Notes under the pieces: model-generated | Told to the model about the DNA's origin: nothing | Databases searched by the model: none | The model's input: the letters and a program-made list of their open reading frames with translations, nothing else | In this document: positions 10,592-19,331 of the stretch, in pieces | Layout of the letters: the number at the start of each line of letters is the position of its first letter | Position numbering within the stretch: the stretch's first letter is position 1 | Program-made: the position numbers and the translations under genes | From: Dehalococcoidia bacterium | GTDB taxonomy: Bacteria > Chloroflexota > Dehalococcoidia > Plut-88900 | NCBI GenBank assembly: GCA_965249275.1 | Contig: CBDFLQ010000006.1 | Span: 512,001 to 576,000 of the forward strand | Direction of reading: 5' to 3' | Length of the DNA stretch: 64,000 nt

Positions 10592-11098
10592 TTAGCCGCC
10601 GTAGAAGACTTTGTCTCCCAGGTCCTTCATCCAGAGCGTGGCGTCGTCAACCCGACCTTCTCCCAGGTCTCCCGGCGTACCGGCTTCGATCACTTCTCCG
10701 ATGAAAATGGAGTGATCGCCCTTCTCAATGGTGTCGGTCAGCTTACACTCGACCCACGCGGGAGCGCTGTCGAGAATCGGTGCTCCCGAGCTTCCGGCCT
10801 TGAATGACTCGCCGCCTATGGAGTTGCCGTCCCTTTCGTGGGACTTGAAGAAGTTGAAAGCCAGGCCCTGCTGGCCCTTCCCCAGTACGTTCAGGACGAA
10901 ACTGCCGCTGTCTTTAACTATGGCGTGGGCGCCGGAGTCGGCCTTCACCCCAACTGCCACCAGGGGCGGTGCGAATGAGGCCTGAGTCACCCAGTTCACC
11001 GTAGCCGCGGCCACCGACCCATCCTTGCCCTCAGCCGTCATTACGTAGATCCCGTACGGGATCATTCTGAGCGCCTTTTTCTTTGCATCCTGGTCCAT
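10592..11098 (-). CDS. Flavin reductase family protein
   Basis: IPYGIYV, WVTQASFAPP, GDHSIFIGEV. Confidence 0.9.
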   Translation of the reverse strand: MDQDAKKKALRMIPYGIYVMTAEGKDGSVAAATVNWVTQASFAPPLVAVGVKADSGAHAIVKDSGSFVLNVLGKGQQGLAFNFFKSHERDGNSIGGESFKAGSSGAPILDSAPAWVECKLTDTIEKGDHSIFIGEVIEAGTPGDLGEGRVDDATLWMKDLGDKVFYGG

Positions 11099-11207
11099 TG
11101 ATTTCCTCCCAATTGGTTACTTCAGTCGGTACCCGGCTGAGCCATTATATCAGTACGTTTGACACCCGTTTACCGCGATGGGATACTCGCCCGAAGGGGG
11201 CACAACT

Positions 11208-12377
11208 ATGAAATACACCACTATTTCGGCGGACACACATATCGACATCCCGTGGCTTCCGGCGGATTTGTTCACGTCCAACGCCCCAGATGAGTACAAG
11301 TCCCACATGCCCCAGGTCGAGGAGACCGGCCAAGGCTTGATGTGGATGGTGGACGGGGAGGTGCTGGGATCCGTTGCGGGGGCCGGCCTCAAAGATGCCT
11401 GGGAGCCCTATGTTCCAGGACTGTCAAAGCACCTCGACGAAATGGCGGGCACGGAGTTCTTCACCGATGGGGAGAAGGGTCAATTCCACCCCACCACGCC
11501 CCACCTCCGCCTTAAAGACCAGGACTTGGACGGCGTCCAGGCAGAGGTCATTTACGGCATCCTGGGCTTGGGTGGCGGGTTACCGGTCGGGGGCAATGAT
11601 TACGGCATAACCGACGCCGACCGCACGGTTTTGATGTACGACATCTACAACGAGTGGCTGGCCGGTTTTTGCAGCAGCAATCCCGACAGATTCGCCGGAC
11701 TCGCCTGCCTTACCAGCCACGACCCGAAAGTCGCCGCAGATCAACTGCGGAAAGCCGCCGAGATGGGGCTTCGGGGCGCCGAGTTGAACGTCAGTCAAGC
11801 CGTCAAACCCATCTACCACGAGGCTTGGGACCCCCTGTGGGCCGTCTCAGAAGAGTGCCAAATGCCTGTTTCCTTCCACACTCTCGGCATACCCTACCGC
11901 AAGCCCGACCCCGAGGACCGAAAGAGGCTGGAGTGGGTAGACTTCGGGCTCACCTTGGTGATGTTTCAACTTTCCGGGGCAGAGTTCCTGGCAAGTATGA
12001 CGTTCGGAGGCGCATGTGATCGGTACCCGGGGTTCAAGTACGTTCTCGGAGAGTGCGGCATTGGGTGGATCCCCTACGTGCTATACCGTATGGACGAGGA
12101 ATACAAAGAGACGCTGTTCCACCTGAACCTGAGCATGGAGCCCAGCCAGCTGTGGCATCGGCAGGGTTACTCCACATTCCAGCACGAACGCCCAACCCAG
12201 GAAGTAGTGGACACAATCGGTGAGGACAACGTCATGTGGGGTTCCGACTACCCCCACCATGATGGCGTCTGGCCCTACTCCCAGAGGGTGATAAAGGAAG
12301 ACCTGGGACACCTGGACCAATCGGTCATCGACAAGATCACCTGTCACAACGCGGCAAAGCTCTACCGGTTCAACTAA
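11208..12377 (+). CDS. Amidohydrolase family protein (Amidohydro_2)
   Basis: ISADTH, SFHT, GECGIGWIPY, WGSDYPHHD; start moved to ATG 11208. Confidence 0.9.
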   Translation: MKYTTISADTHIDIPWLPADLFTSNAPDEYKSHMPQVEETGQGLMWMVDGEVLGSVAGAGLKDAWEPYVPGLSKHLDEMAGTEFFTDGEKGQFHPTTPHLRLKDQDLDGVQAEVIYGILGLGGGLPVGGNDYGITDADRTVLMYDIYNEWLAGFCSSNPDRFAGLACLTSHDPKVAADQLRKAAEMGLRGAELNVSQAVKPIYHEAWDPLWAVSEECQMPVSFHTLGIPYRKPDPEDRKRLEWVDFGLTLVMFQLSGAEFLASMTFGGACDRYPGFKYVLGECGIGWIPYVLYRMDEEYKETLFHLNLSMEPSQLWHRQGYSTFQHERPTQEVVDTIGEDNVMWGSDYPHHDGVWPYSQRVIKEDLGHLDQSVIDKITCHNAAKLYRFN

Positions 12378-12504
12378 TCCTCCCTATCCCCTCGACAGGA
12401 TATCCTCGTCCTGGAATTGAAGCAGCCTCAACACGTCTAACTGCTATAGTCTTGACGCGTCGACATTCTTTTGCTCCATCCCTCCCCCTTTACACTGTCA
12501 TTCC

Positions 12505-13560
12505 TGTAAGTGTTAGGTAATTCGTTGACAGATTGGTATAAGAGGCCAACACCAATCTGGAGGCGAGAATGCGAGACAATAGCAAGGACCTCACCCTTGA
12601 ACGGAACTACATTCAGAAGTGGCGGTTCCTCATCCATGAGTATCAACTGGTCAAGGCAGGGAAGCATCCCCGTTTCCGCTTCGCCCAGGACTTCTACTCC
12701 TTCCACGGCACCAGCCGTCAGACCTTTGCCAAGTACTACAACCGATTCCTCCTCTCCCCCTCCGACAACGCCTTCCTCCCCCGTAAGCGGGGTCCCGGGT
12801 GGAAGTCCCGCCGCACCCTGCCCTACATTGAGCAGAAGGTCATCAACGAGCGCCTTAACGGTACCAACCGTTACGAGATCTATGCCATACTCAAACCCAT
12901 CCTTAAACACAACACCCCTAAGCCCTCCACCATCTACGCCATCACCAGACGCCACGGTTTCAATAGGCTCACAAAGCCGATGCAGCAGTCGAAGCGCAAG
13001 ATCATCAAGACCCGGGCAGGAGAGCTGGGCCACCTGGACAGCCACTACCTCAGCCGGGATACCATCGTGGGCACCAAGCACCGCTACTACCTGGTGGGCC
13101 TCATCGACGCCTACACCCGTCTGGCCTGGGCCGAAGTGGTCGGAGACATCAAGAGTCTCTCCGTTATGTTTGCTGTATTGAAGTCCATCAACTTCCTCAA
13201 TGCGGAGTACGGCATCCAATTCGAGGCTATCCTCACCGACAACGGCCCCGAGATGGCCTCCCCAAGGAACACCGAGGGCCACCCCATGGAACGGATGCTC
13301 AATGAGCTGGGCATAAAGCACCGCTACACCCGCCCTTATAGGCCCCAGACCAACGGGAAGATAGAGCGGTTCTGGAGAACCTTGAACGAGGACCTGCTGG
13401 AGGGGACAACCTTCGAATCGGTCTCGGAACTGAAGGACGAGCTTCAGCAATACCTGATCTACTACAATACTCAGAGACCCCACCAGGCAATGGACGGAAA
13501 GACCCCTTTGCAAACCCTTAAATCTCTCTAATTCTGTCAACGAATTACCTGACATCTACA
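12505..13560 (+). mobile_element. IS481-family insertion sequence
   Basis: TGT...ACA ends; 28-bp TIRs TGTAAGTGTTAGGTAATTCGTTGACAGA / TGTAGATGTCAGGTAATTCGTTGACAGA (3 mismatches); ATTCC direct repeat at 12500-12504 and 13561-13565. Confidence 0.9.
12569..13531 (+). CDS. IS481-family DDE transposase (rve core)
   Basis: GELGHLD, LTDNGPE, RPQTNGKIERF, YYNTQRPH. Confidence 0.92.
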   Translation: MRDNSKDLTLERNYIQKWRFLIHEYQLVKAGKHPRFRFAQDFYSFHGTSRQTFAKYYNRFLLSPSDNAFLPRKRGPGWKSRRTLPYIEQKVINERLNGTNRYEIYAILKPILKHNTPKPSTIYAITRRHGFNRLTKPMQQSKRKIIKTRAGELGHLDSHYLSRDTIVGTKHRYYLVGLIDAYTRLAWAEVVGDIKSLSVMFAVLKSINFLNAEYGIQFEAILTDNGPEMASPRNTEGHPMERMLNELGIKHRYTRPYRPQTNGKIERFWRTLNEDLLEGTTFESVSELKDELQQYLIYYNTQRPHQAMDGKTPLQTLKSL

Positions 13561-14125
13561 ATTCCGAGGCCCCGCGAGGAATCTGGGGGGGCGGCGTCCT
13601 GTCCCCTCTCCCTCCGATGGGCCGTAGGTGCGCCGAGGCGTGAGAGGGCTAGGGCCGTAGGCTCGCCGAGGAGAGTAAGGGTGATTCCTCCCCAAATTGT
13701 GACACCACCCCCTGATCTCGCTCACATAGAGTGGTGACACCACCCACTCCCCCCTCCCGAGGCCCCGCGAGGAATCTCAAGCGCCCCACCCCTTGCCCCC
13801 CCGTCATTCCTGCGGAGGCGGGTCGCAGATGCTGTAAGTGCGCCTTTGGCGTGCGCCAAGGCGTGAACCCATTCCTCCTGAAGGCGCACCACCCCGCCGA
13901 GCCGGAATCCATCCCTCGGTGGGGCCGCTCACCCTGAGGCACTCGAAGGGTCGAGCGGGGGGCGGCCCACCACCGCAAATCCGTCGCATCCCTGGAAAGC
14001 CCCCCACCCCTTTCTCCCCCGTCGTTCCTGCGGAGGCAGGAACCCATCCCTCCTGAAGGTGCACCACCCCGCCGAGCCGGGACCCATCCCTCCGCAGGGG
14101 CGGTTCGCGAACCGCCCTGACCCCT
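13561..14125. repeat. Mosaic cluster of REP-like palindromes
   Basis: CCGAGGCCCCGCGAGGAATCT twice, CCGTCRTTCCTGCGGAGGC twice, TCCTGAAGGYGCACCACCCCGCCGAGCCGG twice, GGGGCGGTTCGCGAACCGCCC; units recur at 29.1, 31.4 and 45.6 kb. Confidence 0.75.
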
Positions 14126-14174
14126 GCTTAACCTCGCCTCCGTCTCCGCCGCATCGAGCCATGTGCAACAAAAA

Positions 14175-14911
14175 GTGACACGAACCCCTTGACCAAACTT
14201 GTACACATGTACTATATTCACACCCGACTAGCTCGTCACACACCCCAAACCCAAGGAGGAACCAAAACCCAGGGGGAACCACAGCCCCGGCCCCCGAGGA
14301 CTCAACGTCCCAGCCCATCCCAAAGGGCGGCCCATGCCGCCCCACGGCTCAAGCGAAAGCCGCCATCTCCTCTACCAAAGGCCCCGGCTCACCTTCCCCC
14401 CGCAACCACCAAGCGATGGAAGGTCCACAGACTATGCTCGGCAGGCCCCGTCCTGCGACGCCCTGCCGATTCAACGCTCCCCATCATCGGATGCGTTTAT
14501 CCCGGCCCTTTGCGCGCCGGTTTTCCCGGTAGGTCAACCGACCCCCGGTTTAGCAAGGCCCTCGTGTCCTTGTTTGTCCCGCCGTCCCCACCATCCGTCT
14601 ACCCGGCGGATGCACCGGGACGCCGGTTCTGAAAGTCCGCCTCAGGCGGCATCTTCCCCGTCAGCGGTCCGGTCAAGTGCCGCTGCCGGTGGGATCGGCC
14701 CCACACAACCCTGACCGCGGCCGACAACATGTGGGGACAAGCCAGCCCGGCGCCGACGGCCCGGCATCAACCCCCGGTCTGGATTCTAGTCACGAACCTT
14801 CCATCGCCTGCCCCCTCCCAAACAAACCAAACCGAAACCCCACAATCGAAGATCCGCCTCTGGAGGACTGAATAAGAACCCGGCATGTCGCTAATCTACC
14901 GAACGAGTACA
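14175..14911 (+). ncRNA. Candidate large structured ncRNA unit, copy A (promoter plus ~690-nt RNA)
   Basis: Collinear conserved blocks shared with 44689-45439(-), no conserved ORF, 12-bp long-range helix 14413-14424/14796-14807, many hairpins. Confidence 0.6.
14189..14218 (+). promoter_or_regulatory. Sigma70-type promoter with LexA-box-like palindrome in spacer
   Basis: TTGACC-18-TATATT; GTAC-ACAT-GTAC at 14201-14212. Confidence 0.55.
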
Positions 14912-15236
14912 ACTGGACGAGTACAACCCCTTGCCCTTTTCCCCTTCACTCCGCCTATAATCTCCCGTGAGCTTACGGCTCCAATTACGCCCTGTCCTTC
15001 CATCCCATGGTTTGGGAGTGCGTGAAAAATTTTTCCCGAATCAATCAAACAGGCACGGACTCAATCAGAAACAATCAAACTTCGCGGTTAATGACAACTC
15101 GCAGTCCCACATATCGGCCCCACGGCATCCCAACGCCCTGAACGTGTACAGGATATTGACTAGACCATCCCATGTTCTTAACATAGCCCGTTAGAGAAGA
15201 CGTGCGACTACGCTTGATGTGATTTAGGAGGAGCCG

Positions 15237-16397
15237 ATGGACTACAACATTATTACCGCGGACACCCACATGGACGTCACCTGGCTGCCGGGCGACATGT
15301 TTGTCAAAGGCGCCCCCGACGCCCTAAAGGACAAGATGCCCTATGTCAACAATAAGAACGGCAAACCCCAGTGGGAGATCGAAGGTGAGTTCATGTGCTG
15401 GGTCGGGGGTGGGGGCCTCACCGGAGCCTTTGGAGGCTACGTACCCGGTGAATCAAAGCACCTGGACCGCATGGCCGAGGTTGGTTTCTTCGACGGCATC
15501 AAGGATGGCGTATACCACCCCTCAAACGCCGACCTCCGGGTCAAGGACCTGGACATAGACGGTCTGGACGCCGAGGTCATATACGGAATCTTGGGCATTG
15601 GTGGAGGCGGCTTCTCCGGCCCCGGCTTCAAGGACCCCGAAGTCACCGCTACCATCTATGACGTCTACAACGAGTGGATCGCCGAGTTCACGTCGACCGA
15701 CCCCGGCCGGATGAAGGGTCTGGCCTGCCTCGCCAGCCACGACCCCGCGAGAGCCGCCCAACAGCTCAGAAGGGCCGGCGAGCTGGGCCTCAGGGGCGCC
15801 GAGATCAACGTCGGCACCATGGTCAAGCCCGTGTATCACAAGGACTGGGACCCCCTCTGGGCCACTTCCGCTGAATACCAGATGCCGATCTCCTTCCACA
15901 CCCTCGGCGTTCCCCACCGGAAACCCGACGCCGCGGACGCAGAGGCCTACCATTGGCTTAGCGTCTGCCTCAACTACACTCTATTCCAGCTCTCGGGGGC
16001 GGAGTTCCTGTGCAGCATCGTTCTCTCAGGCGCCTGCGAACGCTATTCTGATTTCAACTTCGTCCTGGGTGAGTGCGGCATCGGCTGGATCCCCTATGTC
16101 ATCGAGCGCACCGACGAGGAGTACGATGATCGAGGATTCCACATGGGCTATCCGATGAAGCCCAGCGAGTACTGGAGACGGCAGGGTCACTCCACCTTCC
16201 AGAACGAGTACGTTTCCGTCGACCAGATCGAGAGAATCGGCTTGGACAACATCATGTGGGGCAACGACTATCCCCACCCCGACGGCGTGTTCCCCGATTC
16301 TAAGAAGGCACTTGATGACGGCCTCGGTCACCTGCCCGCAGACATCCGCAACAAGATAGTCTGCGAAAACGCCATTAAAGCCTATCGCTTTAACTAG
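15237..16397 (+). CDS. Amidohydrolase family protein (Amidohydro_2)
   Basis: ITADTH, SFHT, GECGIGWIPY, WGNDYPHPD; AGGAGG RBS. Confidence 0.9.
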   Translation: MDYNIITADTHMDVTWLPGDMFVKGAPDALKDKMPYVNNKNGKPQWEIEGEFMCWVGGGGLTGAFGGYVPGESKHLDRMAEVGFFDGIKDGVYHPSNADLRVKDLDIDGLDAEVIYGILGIGGGGFSGPGFKDPEVTATIYDVYNEWIAEFTSTDPGRMKGLACLASHDPARAAQQLRRAGELGLRGAEINVGTMVKPVYHKDWDPLWATSAEYQMPISFHTLGVPHRKPDAADAEAYHWLSVCLNYTLFQLSGAEFLCSIVLSGACERYSDFNFVLGECGIGWIPYVIERTDEEYDDRGFHMGYPMKPSEYWRRQGHSTFQNEYVSVDQIERIGLDNIMWGNDYPHPDGVFPDSKKALDDGLGHLPADIRNKIVCENAIKAYRFN

Positions 16398-16423
16398 TCC
16401 ATTACCCCAAGGGACGGGGTAGA

Positions 16424-16753
16424 GTGGCCTACGACGAACGATCGGCCCAAAGGGTCCGCTTGGAACTGGCAGCCCAGGAGGGTGTATCAGAGAAGCGGAT
16501 GTTCGGCGGTCTGGCCTTTATGGTGCACGGGAACATGGCCTTGGCGGTCGACAAAGACAGGCTAATGGTTAGGGTGGGCCCGAACCGGTATGAGGCCTCT
16601 CTGAAGAGACCCCACGCCGGACCGATGGACATGACGGGCAGACCTATGAAGGGATTCGTGGTAGTGCAGCCGGAGGGACTGGACAAGAAAGAGGGCCTGC
16701 AAGACTGGGTTCAACAGGGAGTGGAGTTCGCACTTAGCCTGCCCCCTAAGTAA
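16424..16753 (+). CDS. TfoX/Sxy N-terminal domain protein
   Basis: EKRMFGGLAFMVHGNM, LMVRVG, C-terminal LPPK. Confidence 0.85.
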   Translation: MAYDERSAQRVRLELAAQEGVSEKRMFGGLAFMVHGNMALAVDKDRLMVRVGPNRYEASLKRPHAGPMDMTGRPMKGFVVVQPEGLDKKEGLQDWVQQGVEFALSLPPK

Positions 16754-16791
16754 GCCCAACATCGCGGCCTTTAAGAAGGATTGGAAAGATT

Positions 16792-17934
16792 ATGGAATAC
16801 AGCGTTATCTCTGCTGACACCCACCTCGACCTCACCTGGCTTCCCGGCGACATGTTCGTCGAGGCCGCACCGGCTCATCTCAAATCTCAGATGCCCTACA
16901 CCACGGACGCTGGCCCCGAGAAGCGCTGGATCGTTGAGGAAGAGGACATAGCACGCGCAGGCGGATTTATAGGCTACACTCCCGGTCACTCCAAGCACAT
17001 GGACCGAATGGCCGAGGTCGGCTTCTATGACGGAGCTGCAGACGGCATCTACCATCCCGCCGTAGCCGATCTCCGACTTCATGACCAGGACCTGGACGGC
17101 GTTGACGCCGAGATCATCTACGGCATCCTGGGTATAGCCGGCGGCGGGTTCTCGGGCCCCGGGTTCCGAAACCCGGAGGTGACCACGGCCATCTATGACA
17201 TCTACAACGAATGGGTTAGTGACTTCGCGAAGGCATCCCCCCAGAGACTTGGGGCCCTGGCTTGCGTCATCAGCCACGACCCCCAAATTGCTGCCCGGCA
17301 ATTGAGACGCGCGGCGGAACTCGGCCTCAAGGGCGCGGAGATCAATGTCGCCAAGATGAGCTCGCCTATGTACCAAAAGGAGTGGGACGTTCTTTGGGCC
17401 GTAGCCGACGAATGCGACATGCCCATATCCTTCCACACCTTGGGCATTCCCACCCGCACCCCCGAGGGAGAGTCGGCATCCGACTACGCTGTGACTTATG
17501 ACGGCTTAAGGGAGTGCTTATTCCAGCTGTCGGGGGCGGAGTTCCTGGTCAGCGCCGTCTATTCTGGGGCCTGCATGCGCTACCCCAATTTCCAGTTCGT
17601 TCTCGGGGAGTGCGGAATTGGTTGGATACCCTACGTCATTGAGCGAATGGATGCGGAATATGAAGACCGGTACCACCCCATAGGTTTGGAGATGGCCCCG
17701 ACAGCCTACTGGCGTCGGCAGGGATTCTCCACCTTCCAGAATGAATTCGTCTCCCAGGACCAGGTGGACAGGATTGGGATCGAGAGCATCATGTGGGGCT
17801 CCGACTACCCGCACAGAGACGGTGTATTCCCCGACTCCCGAAAGGTCATAAGCGAAGGAATGGGCCACCTGGACGATGCTGTTACCCAACAGATCGTCTG
17901 CGACAACGCCGCACGTCTTTACAACTTCAACTGA
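16792..17934 (+). CDS. Amidohydrolase family protein (Amidohydro_2)
   Basis: ISADTH, SFHT, GECGIGWIPY, WGSDYPHRD; close paralog of 15237-16397. Confidence 0.9.
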   Translation: MEYSVISADTHLDLTWLPGDMFVEAAPAHLKSQMPYTTDAGPEKRWIVEEEDIARAGGFIGYTPGHSKHMDRMAEVGFYDGAADGIYHPAVADLRLHDQDLDGVDAEIIYGILGIAGGGFSGPGFRNPEVTTAIYDIYNEWVSDFAKASPQRLGALACVISHDPQIAARQLRRAAELGLKGAEINVAKMSSPMYQKEWDVLWAVADECDMPISFHTLGIPTRTPEGESASDYAVTYDGLRECLFQLSGAEFLVSAVYSGACMRYPNFQFVLGECGIGWIPYVIERMDAEYEDRYHPIGLEMAPTAYWRRQGFSTFQNEFVSQDQVDRIGIESIMWGSDYPHRDGVFPDSRKVISEGMGHLDDAVTQQIVCDNAARLYNFN

Positions 17935-17982
17935 CCGGGGTCCGGGCCGCGACCTGCGGCAACGAAAGCGGGAAGGGGAAGT

Positions 17983-18969
17983 ATGACCGTAATGGACCGG
18001 TTCAGCGTATTCGCCTTCGCCCTCGGCGATCCGCCTCCGGCTGCGTCCGAGTTGATTATGGCCGCCAAGCACGCCGACGCCCTCGGGTCTCACTCCATAT
18101 CGCTGCCCCATCACCTCACTCTTCCCGCCGCACAGGTCTACACGGGATTCCCGCGTCGGGACATCCTTGATCCGCTGGTTCTTCTTCCGGCCATGGCCGC
18201 CGTCACCAATAACATTCTGGTAGGAACCAACTCGGCGATAGTACCGGTGCTTGCCCCGTACGTGTGGGCAAGGTACTTTGCGACGCTCGATGTGATGTCG
18301 GGTGGGAGGGCGCTGGCGGGTATGGCTATGGGTTGGTTCGAGAAGGACTTCGCTGCAGCCAAGGCCAATCTCAAGAGAAGGGCCCGACACTTCGACGAAG
18401 CCCTCGGGCTCATCCGCCGCCTGTGGACCGAGTCCTCCGTCACCCACTCCGGCGAGACTTGCCAAATATCCGAGATGGAGATGGAACCGAAGCCTATACA
18501 AAAGCCTCATCCTCCTATCTGGATTGGCGGGCACATCGCGTCCATAGAGAGGGCGTCGCGGCATGCGCAGTACCTGCTGCCGGCAAACCTCACCGTCGAA
18601 GAGATAAAGGAAACGTACCTCCCGCGTCTACAAGAACAGAACGCCAAGTGGGGCACCGAGGCTGGGATCTGTTTAAGCGTTCGGGTCAACGTCGGCGACA
18701 GTCGGGGCGCGGACCCTGAGATGCTGCCGCGTATTGCCCGTTTGGTCTCATCGCGAAGATCCCCGGTTACCGACATCCACAAGATCGCCATCGCCGGATC
18801 TCCCCAACACTGCGCCGAGAGGATTGAAAATTACCTGGAAGCCGGAATTTCCCACTTACTCCTGGACTTCCAGTATCATGGCCTCACAAGTGTGGGCTAT
18901 TCGATGCGGCAGATGGACCTGTTTGTGTCGGAGGTCATGCCGCTACTTAGTGGGGAAATCTCTCCGTAA
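17983..18969 (+). CDS. LLM-class (luciferase-like) flavin-dependent oxidoreductase
   Basis: LDPLVLL, TLDVMSGGR, PKPIQKPHPPIWIGG. Confidence 0.9.
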   Translation: MTVMDRFSVFAFALGDPPPAASELIMAAKHADALGSHSISLPHHLTLPAAQVYTGFPRRDILDPLVLLPAMAAVTNNILVGTNSAIVPVLAPYVWARYFATLDVMSGGRALAGMAMGWFEKDFAAAKANLKRRARHFDEALGLIRRLWTESSVTHSGETCQISEMEMEPKPIQKPHPPIWIGGHIASIERASRHAQYLLPANLTVEEIKETYLPRLQEQNAKWGTEAGICLSVRVNVGDSRGADPEMLPRIARLVSSRRSPVTDIHKIAIAGSPQHCAERIENYLEAGISHLLLDFQYHGLTSVGYSMRQMDLFVSEVMPLLSGEISP

Positions 18970-18971
18970 AT

Positions 18972-19014
18972 CGAACGTATGTTTCTTGACCCGGTGATGC
19001 CGTGGGAATAGTGT
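18972..19014 (+). promoter_or_regulatory. Gram-positive-type SOS (LexA) box abutting a promoter
   Basis: CGAACGTATGTTTC matches CGAACRNRYGTTYC exactly; followed by TTGACC-17-TAGTGT. Confidence 0.55.
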
Positions 19015-19331
19015 TCCGTTCACTTATACGGGGCCGCTTTACTTAGTAGCTTCCTTGCGGGAAGCCAAGGCAAATAGGGCAATGGGCATAGGTCCCTTCA
19101 AATGTCGGCTCCAAAGCGGTCATGTAGCCGCACCGTGGTGGGGTACATGGGGTGTTCCGCCGCCCAGATCCCTTGCTCCTCACTAATGGAGCCCCGCGCC
19201 CCGAGCAGACCTCCACGCAGCGTAAGCTGAAGAGTCTCTTGATTTCTACGCAGAGCGAACGTTGCAGGCGATATTGAGAATTGGGGCGAGGGTCTCCGCC
19301 TCAGCATAGTTAGCCTAGCAAGGGAGACTCT

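Noticed and set aside
12437-13555. 372-aa minus-strand ORF
   Set aside because: Antisense shadow of the IS481 transposase with no motifs
13649-14714. Several Pro/Arg/Gly-rich ORFs across the REP cluster and RNA copy A, including PRTQR.SPSQR shared with ORF 45036-45467
   Set aside because: Similarity is nucleotide-level and broken by frame-shifting indels; no start codon follows the SD; the ATGGAAG ORFs differ (38 vs 8 aa)
14625-14885. RNase P-like fragments (GAAAGTCC, AAACCCCAC, AGAACCCGGC) in copy A
   Set aside because: The P4 elements are not conserved in copy B and the other RNase P conserved regions are missing
17518-18564. 348-aa minus-strand ORF
   Set aside because: Overlaps two well-supported plus-strand genes; GC-rich shadow ORF
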